A DNA stretch of 32,000 nt from Candidatus Saccharimonadota bacterium (lineage in GTDB: Bacteria; Patescibacteriota; Microgenomatia; UBA1406; GWC2-37-13), in the NCBI GenBank assembly GCA_016432445.1, contig CP066689.1, forward strand, positions 750,001 to 782,000, given 5' to 3'. Positions 14,396-23,724 of the stretch are shown here, in pieces. The position numbers were made by a program, and so were the translations under genes. The notes under the pieces are model-generated. The model was not told the DNA's origin. It did not search any database and saw nothing but the letters and a program-made list of their open reading frames with translations. Each line of letters starts with the position of its first letter. Position 1 is the stretch's first letter.

Positions 14396-15364
14396 ATGAT
14401 AAAAGTAAATAACTTAACCAAAATCTATAGGACGCCAATTAAGACTAATAATTTTTTGCAGGATCTATTTGCCCGTAAATATGAAGAAAAAAAAGCTTTA
14501 AATAATATTAGTTTTGAGATTGGAGAAGATGAGTTTGTAGGGTTTGTCGGTCCAAACGGGGCAGGAAAGACAACGACTATGAAGATATTATCAGGTATTC
14601 TTTATCCAACGTCTGGAAATATCGAAGTTCTAGGCTTTACTCCGTTTGAAAAAAGAAAAGAGTTTCTAAAACAAATCGGCTTTGTCATGGGACAAAAAAA
14701 CCAGCTTCTCTGGGAACTGCCGGCTATTGATTCATTTCAACTGGCCAAAGAGATTTATGAGGTAAATGATATTACTTATAAAAAAACTCTGAACAATCTT
14801 ATCGAACTTCTTGATGCTCAAAAATTAGTAGAACAGCCTCTCAAAACATTATCCTTAGGTCAAAGGATGAGAATGGAGCTTATTGCTTCTCTTCTTCATC
14901 AGCCAAAAATTCTATTTCTGGATGAACCTACGATCGGACTTGACATTTTTGCTCAAACCACAGTCAGAAACTTTATCAAAGAATATCAGCGAATGTATCA
15001 TGCTACCATAATTTTAACATCTCACTACATGCAGGACGTTCAAAAACTGACCAAACGGGTTATCTTAATTGATACCGGTAAAATTATCTTTGACGGACAG
15101 CTGGGAGATCTAAAAGAAGAATATTCCGATGAAAAAACTATAACTATAACCCTGGAGCGCCCTGAAGAAAAACTTCCTGATCTGGACTTTAAGTATGATT
15201 ATCAGGCGCCTCTTTTAAAAATAAACTTAAAGAAAGAAAAATTGAATACTATACTGCCTGAGATATTAAAAAAAATAGATTTTTCGGATCTCACTATTGA
15301 AGATGAACCTATTGAAGAAATCATCAAAAATATTTTCATGAGGAAAAAAGATAGCCCCTCATAA
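14396..15364 (+). CDS. ABC transporter ATP-binding protein
   Basis: Walker A GPNGAGKTT, signature LSLGQRMRM, Walker B ILFLDEPTIGLD, H-loop TSHYM. Confidence 0.9.
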   Translation: MIKVNNLTKIYRTPIKTNNFLQDLFARKYEEKKALNNISFEIGEDEFVGFVGPNGAGKTTTMKILSGILYPTSGNIEVLGFTPFEKRKEFLKQIGFVMGQKNQLLWELPAIDSFQLAKEIYEVNDITYKKTLNNLIELLDAQKLVEQPLKTLSLGQRMRMELIASLLHQPKILFLDEPTIGLDIFAQTTVRNFIKEYQRMYHATIILTSHYMQDVQKLTKRVILIDTGKIIFDGQLGDLKEEYSDEKTITITLERPEEKLPDLDFKYDYQAPLLKINLKKEKLNTILPEILKKIDFSDLTIEDEPIEEIIKNIFMRKKDSPS

Positions 15365-15408
15365 GAGTCTAAATGTCGAAATCCAAATTTCAAATCAAAC
15401 CCAAAGTT

Positions 15409-15465
15409 AAAAATCCAAAGGACAAAATTATTTGACATTTGTCATTGGGATTTTGTCATTTTTTT
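15409..15465 (+). terminator. Long imperfect hairpin plus U-run after the ABC operon
   Basis: AAAAUCCAAAGGACAAA / UUUGUCAUUGGGAUUUU followed by GUCAUUUUUUU. Confidence 0.5.
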
Positions 15466-15474
15466 CACTTCCCC

Positions 15475-15503
15475 TTGTATCTGGTCTCCAGATTAGCTAT
15501 AAT
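15475..15503 (+). promoter_or_regulatory. Sigma70-type promoter of the 66-aa gene
   Basis: TTGTAT (15475-80), 17 nt spacer, TATAAT (15498-15503). Confidence 0.5.
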
Positions 15504-15552
15504 GAGATTATAGATATAAATTTCAAAATTTTTAGAAGGGAGGTGAACGAAA

Positions 15553-15753
15553 ATGGCATACGAATATACTAATAAAAAAGGACAAAAATATTATCTACAC
15601 AGCCGAACAGTAACTCTTCGAGGAAGCGGAAAAAAACAAACAATTTATTATTTTGCCAGAGAAGTTAAAAAAGATGCGATTAATGAAGTTCCAGCAAATA
15701 TGAAAGTCATGGAAGTTGAAAGAACCGGCTTACCAATCTTAAAGAAAAAGTGA
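15553..15753 (+). CDS. Small basic protein (66 aa) with internal duplicated K.Q.(Y/I)Y(L/F)..R motif
   Basis: Strong SD GAAGGGAGGTGA 7 nt upstream. KGQKYYLHSR and KKQTIYYFAR repeat. No family named with confidence. Confidence 0.65.
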   Translation: MAYEYTNKKGQKYYLHSRTVTLRGSGKKQTIYYFAREVKKDAINEVPANMKVMEVERTGLPILKKK

Positions 15754-15793
15754 ATTAATTTATGATTTCTGTTGTTGTTATACCCGAGCAAAT

Positions 15794-17542
15794 TTATTTG
15801 CCGGTGGAATATATTCTGATAACTGGGTGATCAAATACACTCCAGGTTTCTTCAGCTTGTTCGTCTTTGAATTCAAGGAGGGTTTTATTGAATAAAGTAA
15901 TTTTGGGATATGAAGTAAACCTGATAATTTCCTTAAATCCCAGATTACCTGAAAATAAACGATTGTAATATTGATTTATTTGAGGGTAATTTTTTTTATG
16001 ATTAGCAAATACTCTCCTTGAGGGCACAAAAATATAATCAGCATTTTGTGAATATATAAACAGATCAGCTTGCAGTTGACTGCTTTCATCCAGGTTATAA
16101 AAATCAAACGAAACAAGGTTATATCTAAAGTTCAGCGTTGAGCGTTTGTCGTTTAGCGTTGGAATGGGAATATCCACTACATTTCCGTCTTCTGATAAAA
16201 TGCGGGCATAGACAGGAATATTTTTATAAATCCACCTGGACGCAGTTATCCTAACGTCTTCATTGTTATATATAGATAAATAAGCAACTCCCGGCAAAAC
16301 CGCTAACACTATTAAACACCCCCCGGCTAAAAGCCGTACCCCTCTTGTAAAGAGGGGAATAATTCTCCTCTTTTTAAGAGGAGTGTCCACGACGAAGTCG
16401 GGACGAGGTGTTTTTATTAATTTAAAAATGCGTTGTAAAAATAAAGCACTAATAATTAGCATTATGGGCATAACCGGGGTCATAAAACGGGTCCACTTGG
16501 TAAAAAGGAAAGCATTAAATAGAAAGTAAATCAAGAAAGATAACCTAAAAATATTAAAATTTCTCTTGAAAGGAAGAATAAAAAAACCTCCGAAAAAAAG
16601 AGCTAATACTATCCACCCTAAAGCATAGGGGAAAATATTGAAAAACTGAAAAATTACAGGAACAGTATCAATAAACTGGCGGGTGTAAAAAACTTGCATA
16701 GTTCCCAAACCTACAGCTGACTCATAGCGCATTGATGAGATAAACTCATTAAAAGAAATCAGATTGTATGGAGAAGACAGTACTGCGACGGCGGCAAACA
16801 CAACTGCAAATATAAGTAATCCCTTAAATTTTTTATTAATGAGAATTAGAGATAAAGGTATAAGTATAAATATTAATGAAGAAACCTTAGTTCCAACGGA
16901 CAATCCGCCAACTATAGCTGACCATTTAATAAAATCCGGCAAAGTTAATAAACGGTTTAAAAATAATAAAGAGACATAAACAATAACGCTGTAAAAAAGC
17001 ATGAGCAAAGACTCCGTTGTTCCAAAATGCGCAAACTGAATAAGCGCAGGAGAAAAAATAAAAATTGGAAAAGCGATCAATATGTCATTTCGAAGGAGCT
17101 TGCGACTGAGAAATCCAGCGAAGCGTCCGCTTCTGGATTTCTCGCCTTTGGCTCGAAATGACTCAACAAACAGCTCAACAACTTTTATCATCACCAAAAC
17201 ATTAATTACTGAAGCAATTGCAGAAATTAATCTGAGCGCCATTACGGCTTGTGTAAAAGTAATTACATCATTTAAAGAACCAAAAAGGAAGTGATAAGCC
17301 TTAACTAAGATATATCCTAGATACAAAGGCAGTTGACCATAAGCAAAAAAATGCGGATTAAAACAATTAATTATCGAAGATCTAAGATCTAAGATCGAAA
17401 ATCGAGAACATTCAAATTGCTGCAGTGCCGCTGCCATATTCCTTTCATCAGGATGAAAAGGTAGAGGAAGACCCCAGCCAAGATTAACAAAGCGGGTATA
17501 GATTAAAAAAAATAAAAATATAAATAAAATAAATTTTTTCAT
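15794..17542 (-). CDS. Membrane glycosyltransferase, GT39/ArnT-PMT-like
   Basis: 582 aa, polytopic. N-terminal GWGLPLPFHPDE motif is typical of the dolichyl/undecaprenyl-phosphate-sugar dependent GT-C family. Contains two palindromic-repeat-derived segments (see repeats). Confidence 0.7.
   Translation of the reverse strand: MKKFILFIFLFFLIYTRFVNLGWGLPLPFHPDERNMAAALQQFECSRFSILDLRSSIINCFNPHFFAYGQLPLYLGYILVKAYHFLFGSLNDVITFTQAVMALRLISAIASVINVLVMIKVVELFVESFRAKGEKSRSGRFAGFLSRKLLRNDILIAFPIFIFSPALIQFAHFGTTESLLMLFYSVIVYVSLLFLNRLLTLPDFIKWSAIVGGLSVGTKVSSLIFILIPLSLILINKKFKGLLIFAVVFAAVAVLSSPYNLISFNEFISSMRYESAVGLGTMQVFYTRQFIDTVPVIFQFFNIFPYALGWIVLALFFGGFFILPFKRNFNIFRLSFLIYFLFNAFLFTKWTRFMTPVMPIMLIISALFLQRIFKLIKTPRPDFVVDTPLKKRRIIPLFTRGVRLLAGGCLIVLAVLPGVAYLSIYNNEDVRITASRWIYKNIPVYARILSEDGNVVDIPIPTLNDKRSTLNFRYNLVSFDFYNLDESSQLQADLFIYSQNADYIFVPSRRVFANHKKNYPQINQYYNRLFSGNLGFKEIIRFTSYPKITLFNKTLLEFKDEQAEETWSVFDHPVIRIYSTGK
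16339..16383. repeat. Pair of perfect short hairpins inside the GT39 CDS
   Basis: CCCCUCU-UGUAA-AGAGGGG (16339-57) and CUCCUCUU-UUU-AAGAGGAG (16365-83). They encode the basic segment ...TPLKKRRIIPLFTRG... on the minus strand. Confidence 0.5.
17084..17162. mobile_element. MITE/REP-like 79-bp palindromic element translated in frame within the GT39 gene
   Basis: GTCATTTCGA...TCGAAATGAC termini. Inner arms GAGAAATCCAG/CTGGATTTCTC surround GAAGC-GTCC-GCTTC. Corresponds to the protein segment FRAKGEKSRSGRFAGFLSRKLLRND. Confidence 0.55.
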
Positions 17543-17658
17543 AGATCTTTGATCTGGGATCTTAGGTTTTAGATTAATCTAAAATCGAAGATCTAATTCC
17601 CCTTGATTTTTGACGGTTTAGATATTATTATATAGAAAACTTAAATCGCAAAGTTCAT

Positions 17659-17919
17659 ATGACTAAGTACGAGATAACCTTTCTTCTTGAGAAAGAAGAA
17701 CAAACCCAATCAATAAACGAGATCATTACCTCTTTAAAAGGTACATTCATTGATGAGAAAAAATGGGGCCAAAGGCAGTTGGCTTATCCTATTAAAAAAA
17801 ATAATTCTGCTTTTTACTTCACTTGGGTGTTTGAAATGGATAGAAAAAGCTTACTAGAGCTAAAGAAAAAACTTAACTTTAATGAAAATTTAATAAGATA
17901 TTTATTATTAGTTATCTAA
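17659..17919 (+). CDS. rpsF: 30S ribosomal protein bS6
   Basis: MTKYEITFLL...WGQRQLAYPIKK...YFTWVF pattern. Position upstream of ssb-rpsR. Confidence 0.85.
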   Translation: MTKYEITFLLEKEEQTQSINEIITSLKGTFIDEKKWGQRQLAYPIKKNNSAFYFTWVFEMDRKSLLELKKKLNFNENLIRYLLLVI

Positions 17920-17925
17920 TAACCT

Positions 17926-18420
17926 ATGGCAAGCAGATCTTTAAACCGTGTTATTTTGATTGGAAACTTAACTCGAGATCCTGAACTTAAGTATACTCCT
18001 TCAGGCACAGCTGTTTGTACTTTTGGCGTAGCCACCAACCGCTCTTGGACAACGGCCGAAGGCCAGACAAAAGAAGAAACTCAGTTTCATCGAATTGTTT
18101 CATGGCAAAAGCTTGCAGAACTTTGCGGAAAATTATTAACTAAAGGCCGAAAAGTTTTTTTAGAAGGACGACTAACTTACCGTTCATTTACAGGAAAAGA
18201 TGGAGTACAGCGCTCAATCTCAGAGATTGTTCTTGATGACTTTATAGTTTTTAGTGATGGCAAGCGAGTTGTAGAAGCTGAAGAAACCGAAGCACACGCG
18301 CCTGAAGAAGAAGGATTAGTTACCGATGAAGAATTAAACCACGATACAGCTGCAGCAGAAGAACCAAAAGGAAAAAAAGAAAAAAGTGAAGATGTTGACC
18401 CAGACGATATTCCATTTTAA
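17926..18420 (+). CDS. ssb: Single-stranded DNA-binding protein
   Basis: LNRVILIGNLTRDPELKYTPSGTAVCTFGVATNR OB-fold. Acidic tail ending in DDIPF. Confidence 0.95.
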   Translation: MASRSLNRVILIGNLTRDPELKYTPSGTAVCTFGVATNRSWTTAEGQTKEETQFHRIVSWQKLAELCGKLLTKGRKVFLEGRLTYRSFTGKDGVQRSISEIVLDDFIVFSDGKRVVEAEETEAHAPEEEGLVTDEELNHDTAAAEEPKGKKEKSEDVDPDDIPF

Positions 18421-18421
18421 A

Positions 18422-18481
18422 AGTTATGAGTTCTGGGTTTTGAGTTTTGGGCTAAAAACCCACAACCCATAACCCATAAAC
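18422..18481 (+). repeat. GU-rich/CA-rich intra-operon hairpin (family with 27661-27724)
   Basis: AGTTATGAGTTCTGGGTTTTGAGTTTTGGGC...ACCCACAACCCATAACCCATAA. Begins with the same AGTTATGAGTT.TGGGT as the rplJ-rplL spacer element. Confidence 0.55.
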
Positions 18482-18489
18482 GATATTTT

Positions 18490-18699
18490 ATGAACAAATG
18501 TTTCTTTCATCGATACAATACCTATCCTAATTATAAGGACGTGGAGAACTTGGAAAAATTCTTGTCCCCCAGAAAAAAAATTCTAAGCCGTGAAAAAACC
18601 GGTGTCTGTGCCAAACACCAAAGACAGCTGACCAAACATATTAAGTATGCCCGCTTTCTTGCCCTTCTTCCTTTTGTGTCTTACCACGGTGTCCGATAA
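18490..18699 (+). CDS. rpsR: 30S ribosomal protein bS18
   Basis: YKDVENLEKFLSPRKKILSREKTGVCAKHQRQLTKHIKYARFLALLPF. Confidence 0.9.
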   Translation: MNKCFFHRYNTYPNYKDVENLEKFLSPRKKILSREKTGVCAKHQRQLTKHIKYARFLALLPFVSYHGVR

Positions 18700-18716
18700 A
18701 CTGTTATAATAAACAA

Positions 18717-19436
18717 ATGCTGTTAAGTTTTATCATTGAGGAAGAAGGAGACATATTAATTAAGTCAGGACAGACCGTTAATTTTAAAGATCCGCTTATT
18801 CAAAAAACCAAAGCTCACGAATTAAAAATACCTCTTTCATCTATTCTTAATGTTTCACCCAGCTCAATCTTCAAGTCACTTAAAAAATTTGTGGGCGAAG
18901 AGATTAAAAAAGGAGAACTTATTGCCGAAAACAAGGGTTTATTATCAGCAAAAAAATACTTTAGTGAATCTGACGGAATTATAAAAGAAATCAATCACCA
19001 TGAAGGAACAGTTATTTTAGAAGTAAGCAGTGATCAAAAAGATACTACTTTGACTTTTTTTAAAGGCTATGTAACCAACATTAAAGATAAAGAAATAACT
19101 ATCGAGGTACAAAAATATAAAGAATTTGAGCTTAAAAAAGCATCCGGCGATTTTGGCGGAGAAATTATTTATAAAGATGAAAAAGCTTTAAGCGAAGTCA
19201 CTGAAGAAAAAATTAAAGATAAAATTATTATTGTTGATAAAATACCTGCATTTATGCAGGTTAAACTTGAAGCTTTGGGAGCTAAAGGATTTGTATTTTT
19301 ATATCCCTACGATGAAGAAATTTCTTTACCAGCCGCCTTTATTAAACAAATTCAAGAAGCCGAAAAAATCAAAAGTTCGCCTTATCCCTATTGCATAATT
19401 AGCAAGAATCATAATAAAATCTACATTTATACATAA
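18717..19436 (+). CDS. Hypothetical protein
   Basis: 239-aa ORF in a co-directional gene string. No family recognised. Confidence 0.55.
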   Translation: MLLSFIIEEEGDILIKSGQTVNFKDPLIQKTKAHELKIPLSSILNVSPSSIFKSLKKFVGEEIKKGELIAENKGLLSAKKYFSESDGIIKEINHHEGTVILEVSSDQKDTTLTFFKGYVTNIKDKEITIEVQKYKEFELKKASGDFGGEIIYKDEKALSEVTEEKIKDKIIIVDKIPAFMQVKLEALGAKGFVFLYPYDEEISLPAAFIKQIQEAEKIKSSPYPYCIISKNHNKIYIYT

Positions 19437-19442
19437 ACTACT

Positions 19443-20702
19443 ATGATTTCTAAACACTTTACCAGTATTCTTCTTTTTCTATCTTTAGGTATTTTTTTAT
19501 TTGGCTCAGGATACATGCTTGGCGAGTACAAAACTAAAAGAGGTCTTCAAAACAGGCCATCTTATAATGTTTTCAATACTGCCTCCGATAAAAGTCAACA
19601 GATAAAAGATGTTGATTTTCAGCTTTTTTGGGATACATGGGATAAAATTGAAAAAAAATATGTTGATAAAAAGAAAATTGCTCCGCAAAAAATGTATTAC
19701 GGCGCAATAAAAGGCATGGTTGCCTCAGTTGATGATCCTTATACATTTTTTCTTACTCCTGATGAAAATAAACAATCAAAAGATGATCTGGGAGGAAAAT
19801 TCGAGGGCATAGGAGCTCAACTTGGTCTAAAAAGCAATAAGATTGTTGTTATCGCCCCGCTAAAAAACTCCCCAGCTGAAAAAGCAGGCATCAAATCAGG
19901 AGATTTTATAATTAAAGTCAATAATGAATCTGTTAAAGGCTGGTCACTAATTCAGGCTGTATCAAAAATAAGAGGCCCAAAAGGCACTAAAGTAAAAATC
20001 GCTTTTGAAAGGAACGGAAAAGAGTTTGAAGTTGAGTTAACTCGTGATCAAATTCGAGTCTCCTCAGTTGACTTAAGTTATGAAAGCAAACGAGACTGCG
20101 CGGCAAACTGCCAAAAGATTGCTTATCTTAAACTGAATCAATTTGGAGAAAATACTAACGACGAATGGGATAAAACCATAGCAGAAATTCAAAATAACTG
20201 GGCTAAAAAAGAAATAAAAGGAATGGTTTTGGACTTAAGAAATAACCCCGGTGGTTATTTGGAAAGTGCTGTTTATCTTGCATCCGAATTTTTACCAGAA
20301 GGAAAATTAATAGTCAAGCAGGAATCAACAATTGAACAAACAAGAAATTACAACGTGATGCGAAGTGGTAAACTTCAGGATATTCCATTAACAATTTTAA
20401 TTAATAAAGGATCCGCCTCTGCTTCTGAAATCCTATCAGGAGCTTTAAGAGATTACAAAAGAGCCACCCTTGTCGGCGAAAAAAGTTTTGGTAAAGGATC
20501 GGTGCAGGAAGCTCTTGATCTGAAAGATGGAGCTGGACTTCATGTGACTGTTGCTAAATGGATCCTACCAATGGGCGACTGGATTAATGCCAAAGGAATA
20601 GAACCACAAATTAAAGTAGAGAATCAGCCCAAAGAAGGGGAAACCATGACTAAAGAAACAGATGACCAACTTGAAAAAGCAATTGAAGAAGTGCTAAAAT
20701 AA
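19443..20702 (+). CDS. ctpA: Carboxyl-terminal processing protease (S41 family, PDZ domain)
   Basis: N-terminal TM segment, FEGIGAQL, PDZ PAEKAGIKSGDFIIKVN, LDLRNNPGGYL, LINKGSASASEIL. Confidence 0.9.
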   Translation: MISKHFTSILLFLSLGIFLFGSGYMLGEYKTKRGLQNRPSYNVFNTASDKSQQIKDVDFQLFWDTWDKIEKKYVDKKKIAPQKMYYGAIKGMVASVDDPYTFFLTPDENKQSKDDLGGKFEGIGAQLGLKSNKIVVIAPLKNSPAEKAGIKSGDFIIKVNNESVKGWSLIQAVSKIRGPKGTKVKIAFERNGKEFEVELTRDQIRVSSVDLSYESKRDCAANCQKIAYLKLNQFGENTNDEWDKTIAEIQNNWAKKEIKGMVLDLRNNPGGYLESAVYLASEFLPEGKLIVKQESTIEQTRNYNVMRSGKLQDIPLTILINKGSASASEILSGALRDYKRATLVGEKSFGKGSVQEALDLKDGAGLHVTVAKWILPMGDWINAKGIEPQIKVENQPKEGETMTKETDDQLEKAIEEVLK

Positions 20703-20717
20703 GCAAAAATAATTTTT

Positions 20718-21656
20718 ATGGTTGAGACAAATGTACCTAGTGAAAGTAAAGAAAGATTGAATCCTCGATCAATAACAGTATGTACTCCCACTTTATATAA
20801 AAATTGGCAGCCAGATGGAAATCTTGAACTTAATTCAGATAGTGTGAGGGGCAATATTGCCTTACGCACTTTTAAACTAACAATTGATGCAGGATATCAG
20901 GTAGTAGTTGTTGATGGAGGAAGTAACCCGCTATATCTTGAAGAGCTCAAGAAACTAGGAGTAACAATCCAACCACAAAAGGGATCAACTATGTCATCAG
21001 CTAAAAGAGAATGTTTGAAAACAGCTAGTGAATTACCAGATTGTAAAGTACTAGTTTTTATACAGCCAGAAAAAGATGCTGCGATTGCTAATATTCCTCA
21101 AATTGTACTACCAATTATGAGAGATCATGCAGATATTGTCATTCCGGCAAGAAATCTTCAACTTTTTGAAAAAACATGCTCTTCTGTTCAGTTTAAGTCA
21201 GAAAAATTGGCTAACAGATGGTGTAATAGAATATCTCACTTACTAGGTATCCTGCCGAAATCTGAGGAACTTGATTGGTTTTTTGGAATAAAAGTTTTAA
21301 AAAATGATCCTGAAATTGTCGATTTATTTATGAAAAGATATGAAATTAGTGATACTCAACTCGTTGAAGAAAAATTTACAGATCCTGAACGTTATTCTGA
21401 TGTTGATTTTTATCCTGTAATTGAAGCACTTAAATCAGGAAAAAAGGTCGTCAGTGTCGAAATTCCTTTTGAGTATCCTGCATCTCAAAAAGAAATTGAA
21501 GAAAAACTGAATGATCAATTTGCTGACAAGAGAAGAAGACAAAAAATTAGTATATTAGCAGAGTTTATTCAGTATGCCCGCTTTATGACTAATAATCCTC
21601 GTAGTAAATTAATTAAAATAATGGAAAAAGAAGCTAATCAACTGGCTAATGATTAA
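20718..21656 (+). CDS. GT-A fold (GT2-like) glycosyltransferase-like protein
   Basis: SITVCTPTLYKN and VVVVDGGSNP resemble GT2 N-terminal motifs. Otherwise divergent. Confidence 0.45.
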   Translation: MVETNVPSESKERLNPRSITVCTPTLYKNWQPDGNLELNSDSVRGNIALRTFKLTIDAGYQVVVVDGGSNPLYLEELKKLGVTIQPQKGSTMSSAKRECLKTASELPDCKVLVFIQPEKDAAIANIPQIVLPIMRDHADIVIPARNLQLFEKTCSSVQFKSEKLANRWCNRISHLLGILPKSEELDWFFGIKVLKNDPEIVDLFMKRYEISDTQLVEEKFTDPERYSDVDFYPVIEALKSGKKVVSVEIPFEYPASQKEIEEKLNDQFADKRRRQKISILAEFIQYARFMTNNPRSKLIKIMEKEANQLAND

Positions 21657-22500
21657 TAAAGCTAAGTAGACTTTTAGCAAATCCCATTGTGCAAGCAGAA
21701 AAAACAAGAAAATGATCTTTTTGACCAAATTCATTATATTTTGATTCTCCTAACTGAATAGCATCTTTGGTCACCATCACTCCACCTGCTTCATTTATTA
21801 AAGGATAAGCTGCGGCTATCTCTAAATTTCCTTTTCTCGTACACTCAATTACTCCATCAACTGCTCCATTAGCTAAATCAGCATATTGTATACATGATGA
21901 AAGAGTAAAAGATGTATTAAAATTTATTAACTTCGTAACAATTTCATCAAAGACGTGAGATCCAAAAATATTATCAAAAGCTGCATCAATATATAATTTT
22001 GATCTTTGTTTATTCAACTGTTTTGAAGATCGGCAATGAATAGATTGTGTTTGTCCTTCATTTACCAGCCAACTACCATCACCTTTAGATGCGTAGTAAA
22101 GTTTATTAGCTACATGTTCCATGATTCCTCCATAAATATAATCATTATATTTTGGATCCAATCCTTTATAGATTGCCAGCATTGTCCCATATCTGCCGAC
22201 CCCTCTCGATTTCATATAAACTCCGCTTCCATCAATACTATCTAAGATTCCTAAATACCGCGGCTCTTTTCCTATAATTATGATTCCATGTTCTTCAGAG
22301 ATAACTTTTAAGGGTAAATTATATTTTTTTAAAACGTCTAATACTGCTTCCTCTGTTTCAATATCAGCTTTCAAAGCTGTATCACCAAACTGATTTTTAT
22401 TAATTTTCCTTTCTCCTTCAGCTCCTAATTGATCATGGACATTTCGCGCCGCTTGAAGAGCTTTATTGGCTACTTTTTTTATAATCTCTATATCTATCAT
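21646..22500 (-). CDS. Inositol monophosphatase / FBPase-family phosphatase
   Basis: SEEHG..., ILDSIDGSG (DPIDGT-like) and LEIAAAYPLINEAGGVM motifs. Confidence 0.75.
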   Translation of the reverse strand: MIDIEIIKKVANKALQAARNVHDQLGAEGERKINKNQFGDTALKADIETEEAVLDVLKKYNLPLKVISEEHGIIIIGKEPRYLGILDSIDGSGVYMKSRGVGRYGTMLAIYKGLDPKYNDYIYGGIMEHVANKLYYASKGDGSWLVNEGQTQSIHCRSSKQLNKQRSKLYIDAAFDNIFGSHVFDEIVTKLINFNTSFTLSSCIQYADLANGAVDGVIECTRKGNLEIAAAYPLINEAGGVMVTKDAIQLGESKYNEFGQKDHFLVFSACTMGFAKSLLSFINH

Positions 22501-22564
22501 ATTATTTATTTTTTTTTGGTTTTATAATTATTGCTTCAGTAATATTTCGTGTTAAAATTATAAT

Positions 22565-23719
22565 ATGAAAAAGCTATTAATTCTTTTGTCTTTTTTAATC
22601 ATAGTTCTTGTAATCGGACAAAAAGTTAATCTCTTACCTCAAATACAGCTTGATAAATATCTGTCTCTTCCTAAGATAGCTCCTGCGCCTGCAACAGATG
22701 AAAATAGAACTGTTCTTTATGAAGAATCTGTTATTACTAAAGTAGTTGAAAACGCCTTGCCTTCGGTTGTTACAGTTGGAATAAGCACCACTTCGCAATC
22801 AAGAGGATTTATAGAAATAGATCCGTTTAATCCATTTTCCCCCTTCCGTCAGGTTCCCGGATCAAAAAAGAAAGTTGAACAAAATATAGGCAGCGGTTTT
22901 ATAATCTCTCAAGATGGACTAGTGATCACAAACAAACATGTTGTCTCTGAAACAAACGCATCCTACAATGTATTAACTAACGATAATAAGAAATATTATG
23001 TTGAAAAAATATACCGTGATCCTTTGAATGATATCGCTATTCTTAAAATTAACGCCGGCAAACTCAAACCTTTAAAGCTTGGCAATTCTTCATCCTTAAA
23101 ACTAGGTCAGCTAGTGATTGCTATCGGTACTCCGCTGGGAGAGTTTACCAATACAGTAACAAACGGCATTGTTTCTGGATTAGGTAGAGGTATTACTGCC
23201 GGTTCACCTTTGGAAGGATATGTTGAGAAGCTTGATAATGTCGTCCAAACTAATGCCGCCATCAGCCCGGGTAACTCAGGCGGTCCGCTTCTTAACTCAA
23301 AAGGCGAAGTCATAGGCATCAATACGGCTATTGCCGCCGGTGGTCAAAACATTGGTTTTGCCATACCCTCAGATATCATTAAAGAACTTATTGATAATTT
23401 TAATAAACAGGGCGCCACTTTTGAAAGACCTTACATTGGTGTCCGCTATGAAATGATTGATCTTCAAAATGCTTTAAGAAATGCCGTAGTAGAAGGTGCT
23501 TACGTAGTTGAGGTTCTTGAGGGATCCCCAGCTGAAAAAGCCGGCATTCAGGAAGAAGATATTATAAGTGAAGTTAATAGCAAAAAAGTAAAAGGAGACG
23601 ACAACCAAAGCATAGCTCAACTAATTGCCCAAAAGAAAATTGGCGACAAAATTCAACTTAAAGTTTGGAGAAATGGAGAGTTTAAAACCTTTCAAATTGC
23701 CCTTGAAGCTTCTCCATAA
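22565..23719 (+). CDS. htrA: HtrA/DegP-family serine protease with PDZ domain
   Basis: GSGFIIS.DGLVITNKHVV (His), NDIAILKI (Asp), GNSGGPLLN (Ser). C-terminal PDZ GSPAEKAGIQEEDII. Confidence 0.9.
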   Translation: MKKLLILLSFLIIVLVIGQKVNLLPQIQLDKYLSLPKIAPAPATDENRTVLYEESVITKVVENALPSVVTVGISTTSQSRGFIEIDPFNPFSPFRQVPGSKKKVEQNIGSGFIISQDGLVITNKHVVSETNASYNVLTNDNKKYYVEKIYRDPLNDIAILKINAGKLKPLKLGNSSSLKLGQLVIAIGTPLGEFTNTVTNGIVSGLGRGITAGSPLEGYVEKLDNVVQTNAAISPGNSGGPLLNSKGEVIGINTAIAAGGQNIGFAIPSDIIKELIDNFNKQGATFERPYIGVRYEMIDLQNALRNAVVEGAYVVEVLEGSPAEKAGIQEEDIISEVNSKKVKGDDNQSIAQLIAQKKIGDKIQLKVWRNGEFKTFQIALEASP

Positions 23720-23724
23720 AATTT

